A stretch of DNA of 64,000 nt from an uncultured Verrucomicrobiae bacterium (GTDB taxonomy: Bacteria; Verrucomicrobiota; Verrucomicrobiia; Chthoniobacterales; JAFAMB01): positions 128,001-192,000 of the forward strand of contig CAWEXO010000008.1 of NCBI GenBank assembly GCA_963813025.1, written 5' to 3'. This document shows positions 20,774 to 32,330 of the stretch, piece by piece (within the stretch, counting starts at the first letter, position 1; each line of letters begins with the position of its first letter). Made by a program: the position numbers and the translations under genes. The notes under the pieces are model-generated. The model was not told where the DNA came from. It ran no database searches and saw only the letters and a list, made by a program, of their open reading frames with translations.

Positions 20774-21139
20774 ATGAGTTCCAAAAAGAGAACCGACGGC
20801 GATCCCCCGAAGCGCAAAACTCCGGCGCGAAAACGAGCTTCGCAGCGCCGCCAGGCGGAAACGCAAGTTGGGCGAATCGAGGAGACCGCATCGACAGAGT
20901 CTCAACCAGCCGGCCTGGCCGAGGCGGCGGCAGACCGGTTCGCGTCATTTCCTGAGCCCTCGCACAAAGAGGTTACGGGTCTATCCGGAGCTGTAACGAC
21001 TTCCGTTTCTCCGCTACATCCTCTGGAGCTTTGTACCCTGGCCATCGGGATTGGCATTGTTTGCGGGGCGCTTATTCAACGACGTTTGGCTTTCAAAGCG
21101 CGCCGATTGCGATCGGCTCTCGCGCGCAAGATCACCTGA
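20774..21139 (+). CDS. Hypothetical protein with C-terminal TM segment
   Basis: ATG preceded by GGAG; hydrophobic C-terminal stretch; no motif recognised. Confidence 0.4.
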   Translation: MSSKKRTDGDPPKRKTPARKRASQRRQAETQVGRIEETASTESQPAGLAEAAADRFASFPEPSHKEVTGLSGAVTTSVSPLHPLELCTLAIGIGIVCGALIQRRLAFKARRLRSALARKIT

Positions 21140-21287
21140 CTACCAATGACGTCGGGAGGACTCGCTGCCTTCGTGACCGGACGGCGCTTCGGATTTCAGA
21201 CCGAACTTCAGCCACAATTGCGCTGACATAAGCAAAGAGTTGTCGGAATCGTCAGACAGGTGTAATTTGGTCCAGATCGGCAAACCC

Positions 21288-21590
21288 ATGAAAAGCGGCT
21301 TAAGAAGTTTGGTTTTTGCCCTCGCGATGTCTGGCGGGGTGGCAGCGGCTCAAGAATTCACAACGACCCCGCGGCGCGTTCCACCTCAATCGATTCCTTC
21401 CCGTCCACCGATTGAGCAAAATTCAAACTCTGATATCGTGACAAAATTCCGTCGGGCGCACAACAAGCTCCAACTGGTGAATCCCTTTGCACCGGCCGAG
21501 TATGGGAGCGGGCAGCAGGTTTTAGTAGCGGAAGCTCGCGATCCCCAAGAGCGACCGAAGTTCTGGCGATTGTTCAGTATCAATTTCTGA
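21288..21590 (+). CDS. Small secreted hypothetical protein
   Basis: Signal peptide ending AAAQ; LQLVNPFAPAEYGSG; terminal Phe. Confidence 0.65.
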   Translation: MKSGLRSLVFALAMSGGVAAAQEFTTTPRRVPPQSIPSRPPIEQNSNSDIVTKFRRAHNKLQLVNPFAPAEYGSGQQVLVAEARDPQERPKFWRLFSINF

Positions 21591-21833
21591 GTGGCTTGAT
21601 CGATGGTTGCCTAGCGCCAATCTGCAATCCTCGCTGCTGGAGGTCATGAGAAAATCCGGCCGAAGATTGGCGGAAGTGCCCGGCGCGTAAGGCAAGGTCT
21701 ACTTGTTCGAGGAGGCAGACGCTCGAAGGCTTTTATCACGGGCGGCCATTGTCGCGAGCCGCTATGGCGCCGCTGAAGCAAATCCGACGCGCGCCGAAGT
21801 GGAAGCCTTCTTGGCGGAGCGCGGCGCCTTGGT

Positions 21834-22589
21834 CTAAGAGATCCTCAACATTCGACGGCGATACGCTTCGTCTAAGCGGTTCTCCAGACGTTTGACCTCG
21901 GTTTCAGCCAGATGTCGGACAGCACCGAGTGAGTGCGCCCCGACGAAGATCTCCGCTGCTTTTACGGTCATAAACATTGCCGCTCGCACGGCTTCAATCG
22001 AGGAGCCAATCGCAATCACCCCATGATTTTCGAGCAAAAGCACGCGCGGCGGCTCGGCATGCGCGGCCAGATAATCCTCCACGTCGGCCCGAATCCGCCG
22101 AGCGAGAGCAAGTCCGGGGTCTTCATAAGGGATGAGCAACGAAACGGGACCGCAACAGATCACCTCATCCGGACATTGGCGCCGCTTGGCAAATACCTCG
22201 GAGCGCGGTGAACAGACAATTCGGTTGACCGGGATCGGGTGAGCGTGACCCACGACATTCACATCGGGCACCGTCAGCAGGTAGGCATGGAAGAACGTCT
22301 CAACCGACGGCTTCAAAGCGTCTGGTCTGATTTTGCTTTTCTCCAGCGCGTCGTCGATCGCCGCATCGGAGACTTCCTCTTGATCGAACAGCGCAAGGAG
22401 GCCATCAAACCGGCATTGGGTGAGTTGTTCCCGAGTGAGGTGCTGCAAACTACTGCCACTCGCCTTCACCAAAAAAGTGTCCGCATCGCACCGCGCCGAA
22501 GTGTTGCCTTCTCCCAGAATCGCAAGTTGGCCTTGGCCGAACTCGTGCGAGAGATCCAGAAGGCTATCCGCAATTCCCGGTGAACTCAT
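21834..22589 (-). CDS. Class II aldolase/adducin family protein
   Basis: GEGNTS, PSVETFFH, HAHP and LENHG motifs. Confidence 0.88.
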   Translation of the reverse strand: MSSPGIADSLLDLSHEFGQGQLAILGEGNTSARCDADTFLVKASGSSLQHLTREQLTQCRFDGLLALFDQEEVSDAAIDDALEKSKIRPDALKPSVETFFHAYLLTVPDVNVVGHAHPIPVNRIVCSPRSEVFAKRRQCPDEVICCGPVSLLIPYEDPGLALARRIRADVEDYLAAHAEPPRVLLLENHGVIAIGSSIEAVRAAMFMTVKAAEIFVGAHSLGAVRHLAETEVKRLENRLDEAYRRRMLRIS

Positions 22590-22613
22590 CTTTTCCCAGA
22601 TGCGGCTGGCGCG

Positions 22614-24213
22614 CTACGCTTTTCCGCAAAAGCAGACCTTCAGCCCGAGTTCATGCATGGCCGCGGCCTTGGCAAACATGGCCAGCCGGGCACCCGATTT
22701 GTCCGGGGCATAAGCCACCTGGATATGATTCGATTTATGCCGGGCCATCATCTGGTCTCGCGAGATGCCTTGAAGCACCGCGTGCATGATGGGCCATTCG
22801 GGCGTCGTGAGACGAAGGCGTTCCTGCGTTTCCACCTCAGGCAATCCGACCACTTCGGCGAGGCCAGTGTCAAAGCAAAGCTCGGTTCTCTGTAACAAAA
22901 ACGCGGCTCCAGACGACCCAGCCCGGTTTGCTGACACCTGTGCAGGTCCCGCCTCCGAGCCGAAAATACATCGGCGGTTGCCGTTGGCTCGACGCACCGG
23001 CATAACCGCCGGCAAAATGCTCCGGCGGTGCCGCGCCGCTAATCATAAAAACCCAGACAAAAGCGTTCAGGTGACGATCGTGATATTGACGCCCCCAGCG
23101 CAGATCGTGCAGCGTCGTCTCAGGCGGATAGCCTAATTCGCGCCAGATCCGATTCGTGACTAGCGCGTCCAGACCGGCACATTCATCGACCTCATTAAAA
23201 TGAGGAAGCGCCTGCCCCGGAAAAAGTTCCTCGCCGCTGCTCTCATGAAAAACGGGCGGTCGATCGACATTGTTCATGAGTCCCTCGGCCAAATCAGACG
23301 CCGGGGTCAGATCTTTCAACCCCTGCTGATATTGAATACCGACGGCTGCGCAGCCAAACTCGTCGGCTAAGCGCACTGTGGCGATATACATTTTGCACTG
23401 TTGCAGAACCTGGTTTTCGGTCAGATCGGTTTCGTCGTTGCCACCGAAATGGAACTTCATGCCTTTGGACAGGAGCCACTCGTAGACTCGGCGAGCGTCC
23501 TCGTCAGAAACCTGCAACATTTTTGCAAACAGGGTGGATTGGCTGAGTCGTTCCTTGTAAACGCCGGTTGCGGGCAGAAGTTCATCCGGAACGATTGCGT
23601 TGTACATGCCCATACAACCCTCGTCGAAAACCCCGAGGATAGCTTTGTCGGCCCGAAACCGAGCGGCGAATCGTTCAGCCAATTTGCGCGGGGCGCCCGG
23701 TATTTTGACGTCCTTGTATTTCAGGACTTGGGAGCTGTCGTGCTTGATTTTACCGTCGCGGAGCCATTGATGCAGGCGCTTAGTGAAAAACTTGTCTTTA
23801 AAGTCTTCGCTCCAGAGGCTGCTGTATTTGACGCCAGCTTTGGTCAGTGAACCGTTTAAATTCAGCAAACCGACTAAACCCGGCCAAGTGCCGCTCCAGT
23901 TTGCGACGGTCAGGATCGGCCCAGCGTGCGCGATCAAACCTCCGAGGATATGCTGGCTGTATTGCCAAACTGCTTCCGCCACTGCCACCGGGGCGTGTGC
24001 CGGGATCGTCCGAAAAACGTGAAGTCCCATCTTCTGGCTATCGATGAAGCCGTGTTTTTTGCTTTCGTCGAACACATGCGCTCTTTTGACCGAAAATCCT
24101 TCTCGCTGGATCGCTTCAACCAGACTTTTTTCCAACGCGGCCTGCGCCGGCTCACAGTTTTGATTAGCCGAGAGGCGCAGATCGCCGTTCGCGATGAGAT
24201 ACACGGTGTTCAT
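22614..24213 (-). CDS. L-fucose/L-arabinose isomerase-like protein, frameshifted near 22890
   Basis: NWSGTWPGLVG, DEGCMGMYNA and HFNEVDEC motifs; C-terminus (ELCFDTG...NHIQVAY) in another frame. Confidence 0.8.
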
Positions 24214-24312
24214 AGACGATTGTCTGCTATCAGACACAAGCTGGCCCTGAGTCGCGAGAAAATTTCAGCAAAAAGCGTCGGGAATTGTTCGAACTCAGCC
24301 TCATTGCTCAGG

Positions 24313-24864
24313 CTACCAGAACCGGAATTGGGTGAGAATGATGTACACCGCCAGCAAGGTTGTCCCAGCACCGAACAGCAAGACACTACCGAGCACGAAA
24401 CCAACAAAGATCCAGTCGCCACGCGTCACTGGATTGCCCTGTCCGGCATATCGTTTCAGTAACGCGTAGTTCATGTCGTTTGATTTGAAGAAAATGGATA
24501 AGAAATCGCCAATTACCGGCACGGCATCCAGAACCGCGTTGATGGCAATATTCAGGCCCATGCGTACCAGCACAACTTTCGGCAAACGATGCTGCACGCT
24601 TCGAAAGAGCAGAATGCTCGAAATTACCGCGGAGACTTGGCTTCCCAGCACAGGAATCAAGCTCACGATCGGATCCAATCCAAACCGAATCCGCGTACCC
24701 GGCACTCGAAAGATCGAATCCATGAGCCGGCTCAGGAAACCGATCGTCGCGTCGAACTCGGAAGGAGCGGGATTTGGCGCCTCCTGAACCGGCACTTTGC
24801 CGGCAGGGGGTATGACTTCAAAATCGATGAACTCGCCGTCTGCTGGTCGTTTGACTTGGTTCAT
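24313..24864 (-). CDS. DUF4112 membrane protein
   Basis: LMDSIFRVPGTRIRFGLDPIVSLIP and VPVIGD motifs. Confidence 0.88.
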   Translation of the reverse strand: MNQVKRPADGEFIDFEVIPPAGKVPVQEAPNPAPSEFDATIGFLSRLMDSIFRVPGTRIRFGLDPIVSLIPVLGSQVSAVISSILLFRSVQHRLPKVVLVRMGLNIAINAVLDAVPVIGDFLSIFFKSNDMNYALLKRYAGQGNPVTRGDWIFVGFVLGSVLLFGAGTTLLAVYIILTQFRFW

Positions 24865-24976
24865 CGTTTGTTCCGATGAGCTGCACGTCTCAACCCGGCC
24901 CCCGAGGCAGAAACCAGAGAGACATCTCTCGGCTCCAGCGCTAAATTCCCCGCTGAACCGGCTCGCACCGCCGCAC

Positions 24977-26474
24977 CTACCCCGGAATCTCTCGCAACAT
25001 TTGCGCGTTAGTCGGGAACTTTTTCAAAAACGAAAGCAACCGTTCAATCGCTTCCACGGGACGATGCCCGGCCAGGCCTCGCCGGATTGTATTGATCTTG
25101 TCAAGGTCCGATGCAGGGAAAAGCAGCTCTTCCCGCCGAGTGCCGGACTTGAAAATATCGATCGCCGGATAGACCCGCGAGTCGCTGACTTGCCGGTCGA
25201 GCACCATCTCCATGTTTCCAGTGCCTTTAAACTCCTGAAAGATCAGCTCATCCATCCTGGAGCCGGTCTCAATCAAGGCTGTCGCCATAATGGTCAGCGA
25301 CCCCGCTTCTTCGGTGTTGCGCGCCGCCGCAAATAGCTTCCTTGGTATCTCCATCGCCCGTGAATCCATCCCACCACTCATGGTGCGACCGCTGCCAGAC
25401 ATGGCATTGTTGAACGCGCGACCAATCCGCGTCAGCGAATCCATGAGAACAAACACATCTTTGCCCGCTTCGACCAAGCGTTTTGCCCGCTCGATCGCCA
25501 GAATTGCTATCCGGGTATGGCTCTTAATATCACTGTCATTCGAGCTAGCCATGATATCTGCCTGAGGTACGGTTCGCCGGATTTCGGTCACTTCCTCCGG
25601 GCGCTCGTCGACCAGCAGAATAATTAGACTCATTTCTGGGTGATTTTTACCACCGCGCCCGCGATATGCTGGAGCAAGCGTCGTTTTTCCAGTCCGCGGC
25701 GGAGCCACAATCAGCCCTCGCTGTCCTTTGCCGATTGGGGTCATGAGATCCATCACTCTCGTGGTGTACCGATCCGGAACAGTCTCCAGACGGATTCGTT
25801 CCTGCGGATTGATCGAGGTCAACTCCTCGAAAACCGGCAGATTGCGATATTGTCCGGGATCTTCCCCGTTGATGGCCGACAAGCCGAAAGAGCTGCGAGC
25901 CCCGACTGCCCCGCCGAACCTCACCCTTGATCCAAAGTCCGTCGCGCAGGGCGTGCTTTCGCACCACCTCCGGAGTAACAAAAATATCCTGAGGCGATTG
26001 CACGTAATTACTTTTCGGGTCACGCAAAAACCCAAATCCCTTTCCCGAAACTTCGACCAATCCTTCGCCCAGGACCGGTTGGGGTGCCTCGACAGTGGGA
26101 TGGCCCTCATCGGTCGGCAGAGTCAATCGCGTTCCTGGCACCGAAGCGCCGTTCTCCCGACCCGATAAAGCCGGTGGTTCCGTGGACTTCTCGGGTTCGC
26201 GCTCCCGCTCCTCCGCTTGGGGCCGGGCAGCCGTTTCAACGGCTGCTTCTGGTCCCTGATCCGGAGTCCCCTGGGCGGGTGCAGACTCAGCTTGCGCATC
26301 AGAGACCGGGGACGTCGAAAGCCGGTCTTCATCGGCAGGCGGCTTTTTGGGGTGCCGTGCGGTCCTTCGGTCGGAATCACTTTTGGGTCGGGTAACCCGC
26401 TTCGCCCGGCGCGGTTTTGCCGGCGGATCAGCAATTTCGTTTAACAAAGCCGGCTGTTCATTTCCATCTGCCAT
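24977..26474 (-). CDS. rho: Transcription termination factor Rho with long N-terminal extension; three apparent indels
   Basis: GFGFLR, PIGKGQRGLIVAPPRTGKT, DERPEEVTE, FKGTGNME; frame change near 25880 and a compensating pair at ~25645-25680. Confidence 0.93.
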
Positions 26475-26507
26475 AAAACTAAATCAGATCGTGATATTTT
26501 TAAAAAG

Positions 26508-27260
26508 TTAGCTTAAAACCTTGCTTAACAAATCCTCGGCCATATCCAAATTACTGTGGACGCTTTGCACATCGTCGTTCTCTTCGAGGGCGTCGCACAA
26601 CCGCAGCAGCTGGGCGGCCACCGCCTCACTCGTCACCGAGATCGTCGTATCAGGAACAAAAGTTAGCTTCTGCGACTCAACGTCGATCCCTGCTTTCCTC
26701 AAAGCCTCGCCGACATGGTAAAGCTCGTCGTGAGGCGTCGTAATTAAGTAGGTATCATCCTCAAAGGCCAAGTCGTCCGCCCCCGCCTCAAGCGAAACTT
26801 CCAGGAGGCGATCTTCGCTGACCAGTTGCGCCGGACCCGAGATCTGGCCCTTTCGCTTGAACATATAAGAGACTGCGCCGGAGGCCGCAAGGTTACCATG
26901 ATTCTTCGTAAAAATGCTTCGAATATCGGCTGCTGTCCGGTTCTTGTTATCAGTGGCGGCCTCAACAATCAGCGCAACTCCCCCGGGTCCATAGCCTTCG
27001 TACACAATCTCCTCGATCGTCCTGCCGGCTATTTCTCCGGTTCCCTTCTTAATTGCCCGTTCTATCGTGTCGCTCGGCATATTCTGCGCCCGGGCGGCGA
27101 GAACCGCGGAGCGTAGGCGCGGATTGAGTGCTATTTCTCCACCACTCATTCGGGCGGCTACCATGATTTCCTTCGCTAACCGACTGAAAACCTTACCGCG
27201 TTTAGCATCCAAAGCGCCTTTAAAGCGTTTAACTTTTGACCATTTACTGTGACCCGCCAT
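26508..27260 (-). CDS. yebC: YebC/PmpR family protein
   Basis: MAGHSKW, YEGYGPGG and TDNKNRT motifs. Confidence 0.95.
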   Translation of the reverse strand: MAGHSKWSKVKRFKGALDAKRGKVFSRLAKEIMVAARMSGGEIALNPRLRSAVLAARAQNMPSDTIERAIKKGTGEIAGRTIEEIVYEGYGPGGVALIVEAATDNKNRTAADIRSIFTKNHGNLAASGAVSYMFKRKGQISGPAQLVSEDRLLEVSLEAGADDLAFEDDTYLITTPHDELYHVGEALRKAGIDVESQKLTFVPDTTISVTSEAVAAQLLRLCDALEENDDVQSVHSNLDMAEDLLSKVLS

Positions 27261-27455
27261 CGTTCCGGGTATCTGCAAAAAATTCAGAGCACGAAATAAA
27301 TATTTCAACCAGCGATGCAGTCGCGACTGACGAGAAGAGTCTAGAGAACCGCTGATTAGCGCATCAACAGGCGATCCACCACCAAACCCTATCTGGACCG
27401 ATTTGTCAAAGAAAAGAAGCCGAAGAAAACGTTCACCTTTTCTCTGGCTGCTTTT

Positions 27456-29273
27456 CTAGCCGTTATTTACCTTTGAGGCTGATCGCTTGCGCGCAGTCGA
27501 ATCGAGAATCTTCTTCCGCATTCGCAGGTTCTTTGGCGTCGCCTCTACAAACTCATCGAAGGCAATATACTCGAGAGAGCGTTCCAGGCTCATTCTGACC
27601 GGAGGTGCCAATTGAATCCCTTTCCCGTCGCCTTGGCTGCGCATGTTGGTCAGATGCTTGGTCTTACAAGGATTGACCGTGATGTCGTCGGGGCGCGAAT
27701 TCTCGCCGACAATCATTCCCTCATAGACATCTTCTTGGGGACCAATAAAAAGGCGACCGCGCTCCTGCACATTGTTCAGCGCGTATCCGGTGGAGACCCC
27801 CCCTTCCATGGCCACCAGGACACCGCTATTCCGGCTCGGAATCTCACCTTTGGGAGGACCGTATTCCTTAAAAAGATGACTCATGGAGCCAAGGCCGCGG
27901 GTGAGGTTCACCAAATCGCTTTCAAACCCGATCAAACCGCGCGTGGGGATAACGGATTCAACTAGAACGCTCTTCGCCTGGTGATCCATGTTGACAATCT
28001 CCGCCTTGCGTGAAGCGAGCGATTGAAGAACATCCCCCAGCTTCTCCGACGGGACATCAACATAAAGAGTCTCGTATGGCTCCAAAATATTCCCGTGCGC
28101 ATCTCGATGGAAGATCACTTCCGGCCGGGATACCAGCAGTTCAAACCCTTCCCGCCGCATCTGCTCGACCAGAATCGCGATTTGCATCTCGCCCCGGGCG
28201 CTCACGGTGAATATGCCCGCTGTATCGGTCTCTTCGAACTGCAGAGAAACATTCGTGCGACACTCCCGCACCAGGCGTTCTTTGATATGGCGCGCGGTGA
28301 GAAATTTCCCTTCGCGACCAGCTAAAGGCGAATCGTTCACGACGAAGTTCATCTTGATTGTGGGCGGATCGATGTCGACAAACTCCAATGCCGTCCGCTC
28401 CTCGAGATCCGCAATGGTCTCTCCGATCGAGACATTCTCGAATCCAGCCAAGCCGATGATTTCCCCGGCCGAAGCGCGCTCGATCTCAACCCTTTCAAGC
28501 CCCTCGTGCCCAAACAAAGCCATGACATTGGTTCTTTCTCTTCGGCCATCCTTGTGGATCAGCACGACCGAATCGCCCACCTGAACCCTCCCGCTGGTGA
28601 TTCGCCCAAAAGCAAGTCGTCCGAGGTAATCGCTGTAGTCGAGGTTGGACACCAGCATCTGGAAATAGCTTGCCGCGACTTTGGGAGGGGGCGGGATGAA
28701 TTTGATAATCGCCTCGAACAACGGTCCCATATTGTCGCTGGTTTCGTAGATCTCCCGCACCGCGTAGCCTTCCTTAGCGCTCGAGTAGATGACCGGAAAG
28801 TCCAACTGCGCGTCGGTCGCGTTTAGTTCGACAAAAAGATCAAAGACCATGTCGAGCACTTTGTGTGGGCGCGCATTTTCGCGATCAATCTTGTTGATCA
28901 CCACAATTGGACGCACATCGCTCGCCAAAGCCTTTCGCAAAACAAACTTGGTCTGCGCCTGAGGACCATCGTGCGAATCAACCACCAGGAGAACGCCGTC
29001 CACCATTTTCATGATGCGTTCGACTTCTCCTCCAAAGTCCGCGTGCCCCGGAGTGTCGACAATATTGATCTTGTACCCTTGATATTTGAAGGCAGCATTC
29101 TTCGCCCGGATCGTAATGCCCTTTTCCCGTTCCAGATCCATAGAATCCATCATCCGTTCCTCAACCTTTTGGTTTGCCCGGAACGTTCCCGACTGACGCA
29201 ACAACTGGTCGACCAGGGTCGTCTTGCCGTGGTCGACATGCGCGATAATGGCGATATTGCGAATTTTCTCCAT
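27456..29273 (-). CDS. typA: Translational GTPase TypA/BipA
   Basis: [28 protein letters not shown]. Confidence 0.97.
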   Translation of the reverse strand: MEKIRNIAIIAHVDHGKTTLVDQLLRQSGTFRANQKVEERMMDSMDLEREKGITIRAKNAAFKYQGYKINIVDTPGHADFGGEVERIMKMVDGVLLVVDSHDGPQAQTKFVLRKALASDVRPIVVINKIDRENARPHKVLDMVFDLFVELNATDAQLDFPVIYSSAKEGYAVREIYETSDNMGPLFEAIIKFIPPPPKVAASYFQMLVSNLDYSDYLGRLAFGRITSGRVQVGDSVVLIHKDGRRERTNVMALFGHEGLERVEIERASAGEIIGLAGFENVSIGETIADLEERTALEFVDIDPPTIKMNFVVNDSPLAGREGKFLTARHIKERLVRECRTNVSLQFEETDTAGIFTVSARGEMQIAILVEQMRREGFELLVSRPEVIFHRDAHGNILEPYETLYVDVPSEKLGDVLQSLASRKAEIVNMDHQAKSVLVESVIPTRGLIGFESDLVNLTRGLGSMSHLFKEYGPPKGEIPSRNSGVLVAMEGGVSTGYALNNVQERGRLFIGPQEDVYEGMIVGENSRPDDITVNPCKTKHLTNMRSQGDGKGIQLAPPVRMSLERSLEYIAFDEFVEATPKNLRMRKKILDSTARKRSASKVNNG

Positions 29274-29335
29274 GATCTGACTGCCGGGACGCGAAAGATG
29301 GGCGTGGTTGACGGTCCCGTCAATGGGCGTCACGC

Positions 29336-30214
29336 TCACGGGTCAATCCTCGTGATGGCCTCGGAGTCGCTCTCGAGCAGACAAGCACGAGGTTGACCAT
29401 AGTTCGATCCGATATTAATGCCACGAACCCCCCCCAGATCAACTAGATCGGTTGCGCGATGGGTGTGACCGCAAAAAATACCCCGGAGCCGCGACCCGTG
29501 AACGGCCAGCGATTTGCCCATCAAACGATTGCCCAGATAGGCTCGGAAAAAAGTGTAGACTGACGGCTCGCCGCTCGCCGTTATTTCGAACTTTGGCAAG
29601 CCGAGAAGCTCCTCCCGAGGCGGTGTATGCAGAACTGCCCAGACGCGGGTGCCGTTGGCTTTGGTCAAACGTTCTTCCAATGCCGCTGCTTCCGCCCGAG
29701 CGACTTCAAGCAAATCAATCCCTGACGGCAAACGGTCAAAATCCTGCCAGCGCAAATTGGTCGGTACCGGCGGCCGGCCGGACAGATAATCCTCGCGTTT
29801 GACTTCGCGGCCCGAGTACCGCAATCCAGGGCTGGCGAAACCAAGATCGTAATGGCCGTAAGCGCCGCATATGGTGAACCCGTGCAGCCGAAGATTCTCG
29901 CGATCGAGCAAGGTCACTCCCTCCTGATATGCCGGCTCGGCCCAATACTCGTCGATTACCTCGGCCAGCGAATAACACTGGCGGGCTGGACGCACCCAGA
30001 AATCGTGATTTCCGAGAGCTACGCCGATCGGCTTTTGCGGCAACAGCGAACGGATTGCCTGGAGCGATCGCCTGGCCTCGGCGGGGCTGGAGAGATCACC
30101 GGCGATCAGGAGACCGTCCGGCCGGTAGCGCACTATCCACGAAGCAAGCTCGGCGAGTACTTTCTCGCGGTAATTCGATACCAGGTGCAGATCAGCCGTG
30201 ATCAGTAATCTCAT
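29336..30214 (-). CDS. Metallophosphoesterase
   Basis: DLH, AGD, GNHD and GHTH motifs. Confidence 0.88.
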   Translation of the reverse strand: MRLLITADLHLVSNYREKVLAELASWIVRYRPDGLLIAGDLSSPAEARRSLQAIRSLLPQKPIGVALGNHDFWVRPARQCYSLAEVIDEYWAEPAYQEGVTLLDRENLRLHGFTICGAYGHYDLGFASPGLRYSGREVKREDYLSGRPPVPTNLRWQDFDRLPSGIDLLEVARAEAAALEERLTKANGTRVWAVLHTPPREELLGLPKFEITASGEPSVYTFFRAYLGNRLMGKSLAVHGSRLRGIFCGHTHRATDLVDLGGVRGINIGSNYGQPRACLLESDSEAITRIDP

Positions 30215-30597
30215 CGCTTATAGGTGCCAAAGAGCCAGCTCAAAAAACTTCGGTTTGCCGCGACTAGGGCATAACCGATTTCAACGGCCCAGACAAAGGG
30301 CGGCAGCGCAAGGACTCGCGCAAAACCATTCCACCCGACCTGTTCCAGCAGGAAAAGGGTCGCTCTGCCAGCGCGATAGATCTGCCCATCAGCCGCGATC
30401 ACGTGAAGCGCTTTCGCGCAGGCCTCTCGCAGCTCCGGGGTCATCGGAGGTGAGGGCGCCTCCTGATAGGGGACGAACCGGAATATCCGATGAAAATCGC
30501 GCCGTCGGAACCACGCCACCGCGTGCCCGCAAAAATGGCAGTCGCCATCCCACAAGACGAGATGCTCCGGACCGGACCAAGACTGGCTCTGAGTCAT
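30211..30597 (-). CDS. DCC1-like thiol-disulfide oxidoreductase
   Basis: VLWDGDCHFC and YALVAANR motifs; start uncertain. Confidence 0.85.
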   Translation of the reverse strand: MTQSQSWSGPEHLVLWDGDCHFCGHAVAWFRRRDFHRIFRFVPYQEAPSPPMTPELREACAKALHVIAADGQIYRAGRATLFLLEQVGWNGFARVLALPPFVWAVEIGYALVAANRSFLSWLFGTYKR

Positions 30598-30799
30598 AAG
30601 GATCCCAGGTACCTTCTCATATTCCACGCTGATGTCGCCGGGAACGCGGTCTTTGCTGAAGGTTTCCAACGTTCGGATCGGGCGGGAAGATCCCGCCAAT
30701 TCAATGCGTGTCTTGTCCAGATCGGCCGCGCGCTCGAGCCAAAGGGACGTTCTGTCCTGATTCTGGCGGCTCATTCGTCATACCAAAGAAAGATTAATC

Positions 30800-31534
30800 A
30801 TGATGACAACCAACTTAGAAAATCCGAGAATTGTGTCCCGAGACGAATGGCTTGCGGCTCGTACAGAGTTACTTGCCAAGGAAAAGCAATTGACGCGTCA
30901 GCGCGACGCGCTCAATGCCGAGCGCCGCAAGCTGCCTTGGGTAAAGGTCGAGAAGAATTACGCGTTTGAGGGAGTCAACGGCAAGGAAACGCTCGCCAGC
31001 CTCTTCGCGGGAAGAAGCCAGCTCGTTGTGTATCATTTCATGTTCGGTCCGGACTGGGCCGCCGGCTGTCCCGGCTGCTCCTTTCTGGTCGATCATATCG
31101 ACGGGGCCCTGCCGCACCTGCAACATCATGACGTCACGCTGGTCGTGGTATCGCACGCCCCGCTCGCCAAGATCGAGGCTTACAAGGCACGCATGGGTTG
31201 GCGGTTCCCCTGGGTGTCGGCTTTCGGCAGCGACTTCAACTATGACTATCATGTCTCCTTTACCAAGGACGAACTAGCGTCCGGCAAGGTCTTCTACAAT
31301 TTCCGAGAAACCGACTCCGCCGACGCGAACGACGAGCTGCCGGGTCTCAGCGCCTTCTATAAGAATGAGGCCGGCACCGTCTTTTATACCTATTCCACCT
31401 ATGCCCGCGGCGCCGAGGAGTTGATCGGCACTCTGATGATGCTCGATCGCGCGCCGAAGGGACGCAATGAGACAACGACCATGGATTTCGTCCGCCGCCA
31501 TGACGAATACGAAGAACCTGCCAAAGACGCATAG
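30800..31534 (+). CDS. DUF899 thioredoxin-like protein
   Basis: RRKLPWV, YHFMF...CPGCS, SDFNYD, TYARG. Confidence 0.9.
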   Translation: MMTTNLENPRIVSRDEWLAARTELLAKEKQLTRQRDALNAERRKLPWVKVEKNYAFEGVNGKETLASLFAGRSQLVVYHFMFGPDWAAGCPGCSFLVDHIDGALPHLQHHDVTLVVVSHAPLAKIEAYKARMGWRFPWVSAFGSDFNYDYHVSFTKDELASGKVFYNFRETDSADANDELPGLSAFYKNEAGTVFYTYSTYARGAEELIGTLMMLDRAPKGRNETTTMDFVRRHDEYEEPAKDA

Positions 31535-32078
31535 CTGTTGCCTGGGACGTAGGGCGCGACTGCCTGGTGCGTCAGCTCCCCGATACGGACCTGGCCGGGG
31601 TCGGTCGGACTTCCAAGTAGCGGCTGCATCCCGGCGGTTCAAAAAGGCGACAAGCTGGAAGCTTATTTGTGTGCACGGTTAATTGGGGACAGATCACGCT
31701 TGTAAAACGCGGACGGGGACCCGGTCTGTCGGACTTTGGGCAATCTGTAGCGCGCGCAATCGAGCTACGGTTTGGAAGAGAGGGTCGAGGGATGTCTCAA
31801 GGCGTGTTTGGTCCTGTGGCGGTAGGGCGATCCGCCTTGGCGGACGAGCGCCAGGCGAGAGCTTGTTTGACGTGTCCGCCATATCCTTGGCGAAGGCGGA
31901 GTCATCCTGGAGCGGGTGGCTCATCCAAGCGTCCGGCTCAAATAAATTTTCGTATAGCAAGTCCGGAGTTATTCAGCAAGCTGTGGTCGGAGGCCCTACC
32001 GGTCGGAGCTCCAGCTTGTGAATAACTCCGCCCGGAGAAAAGAAAGCTTTGGAAAAAAGAAAGGGTTTTCTTTGCCAA

Positions 32079-32285
32079 GGGCAGTCGGGCAAAATCCCGC
32101 GCTGCCCACGCGAAGAAGGACGCGCCGGCTGGCTACGAATAGGATTTTCGGGTCCGCGAGATCTTTAGGGCAGAGTTTCGAGCCAGCCGGTCGCGCTTTG
32201 ATTCGTCACAACGAATACTCTAGTTGAGGTCGAGCACTTCACACTTCGACGACTTAACTATACGGATTTCGGACGGCCAAAGCCA
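32079..32285 (+). ncRNA. Candidate IS110 bridge RNA
   Basis: 5' hairpin GGGCAG...CTGCCC, then two stem/internal-loop/stem units sharing ACGAATA and TTTCG; loop 1 carries TAGGGCAG, complementary to the right flank. Confidence 0.65.
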
Positions 32286-32330
32286 AGCGGCTTTTTTCGC
32301 GCTGGGTAAAACCAGAAAAAAGGAGCAAGC

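Noticed and set aside
24977..26474. Programmed frameshifting or a split rho gene
   Set aside because: No slippery heptamer seen; compensating indels and similar breaks elsewhere point to sequence error
31941..31960. Alternative IS110 left end at AATAAATTTTCG/TATAGC
   Set aside because: Partly resembles loop sequences and would create a -10 box on circularisation, but shares no 2-nt core with the right end; kept only as a fallback
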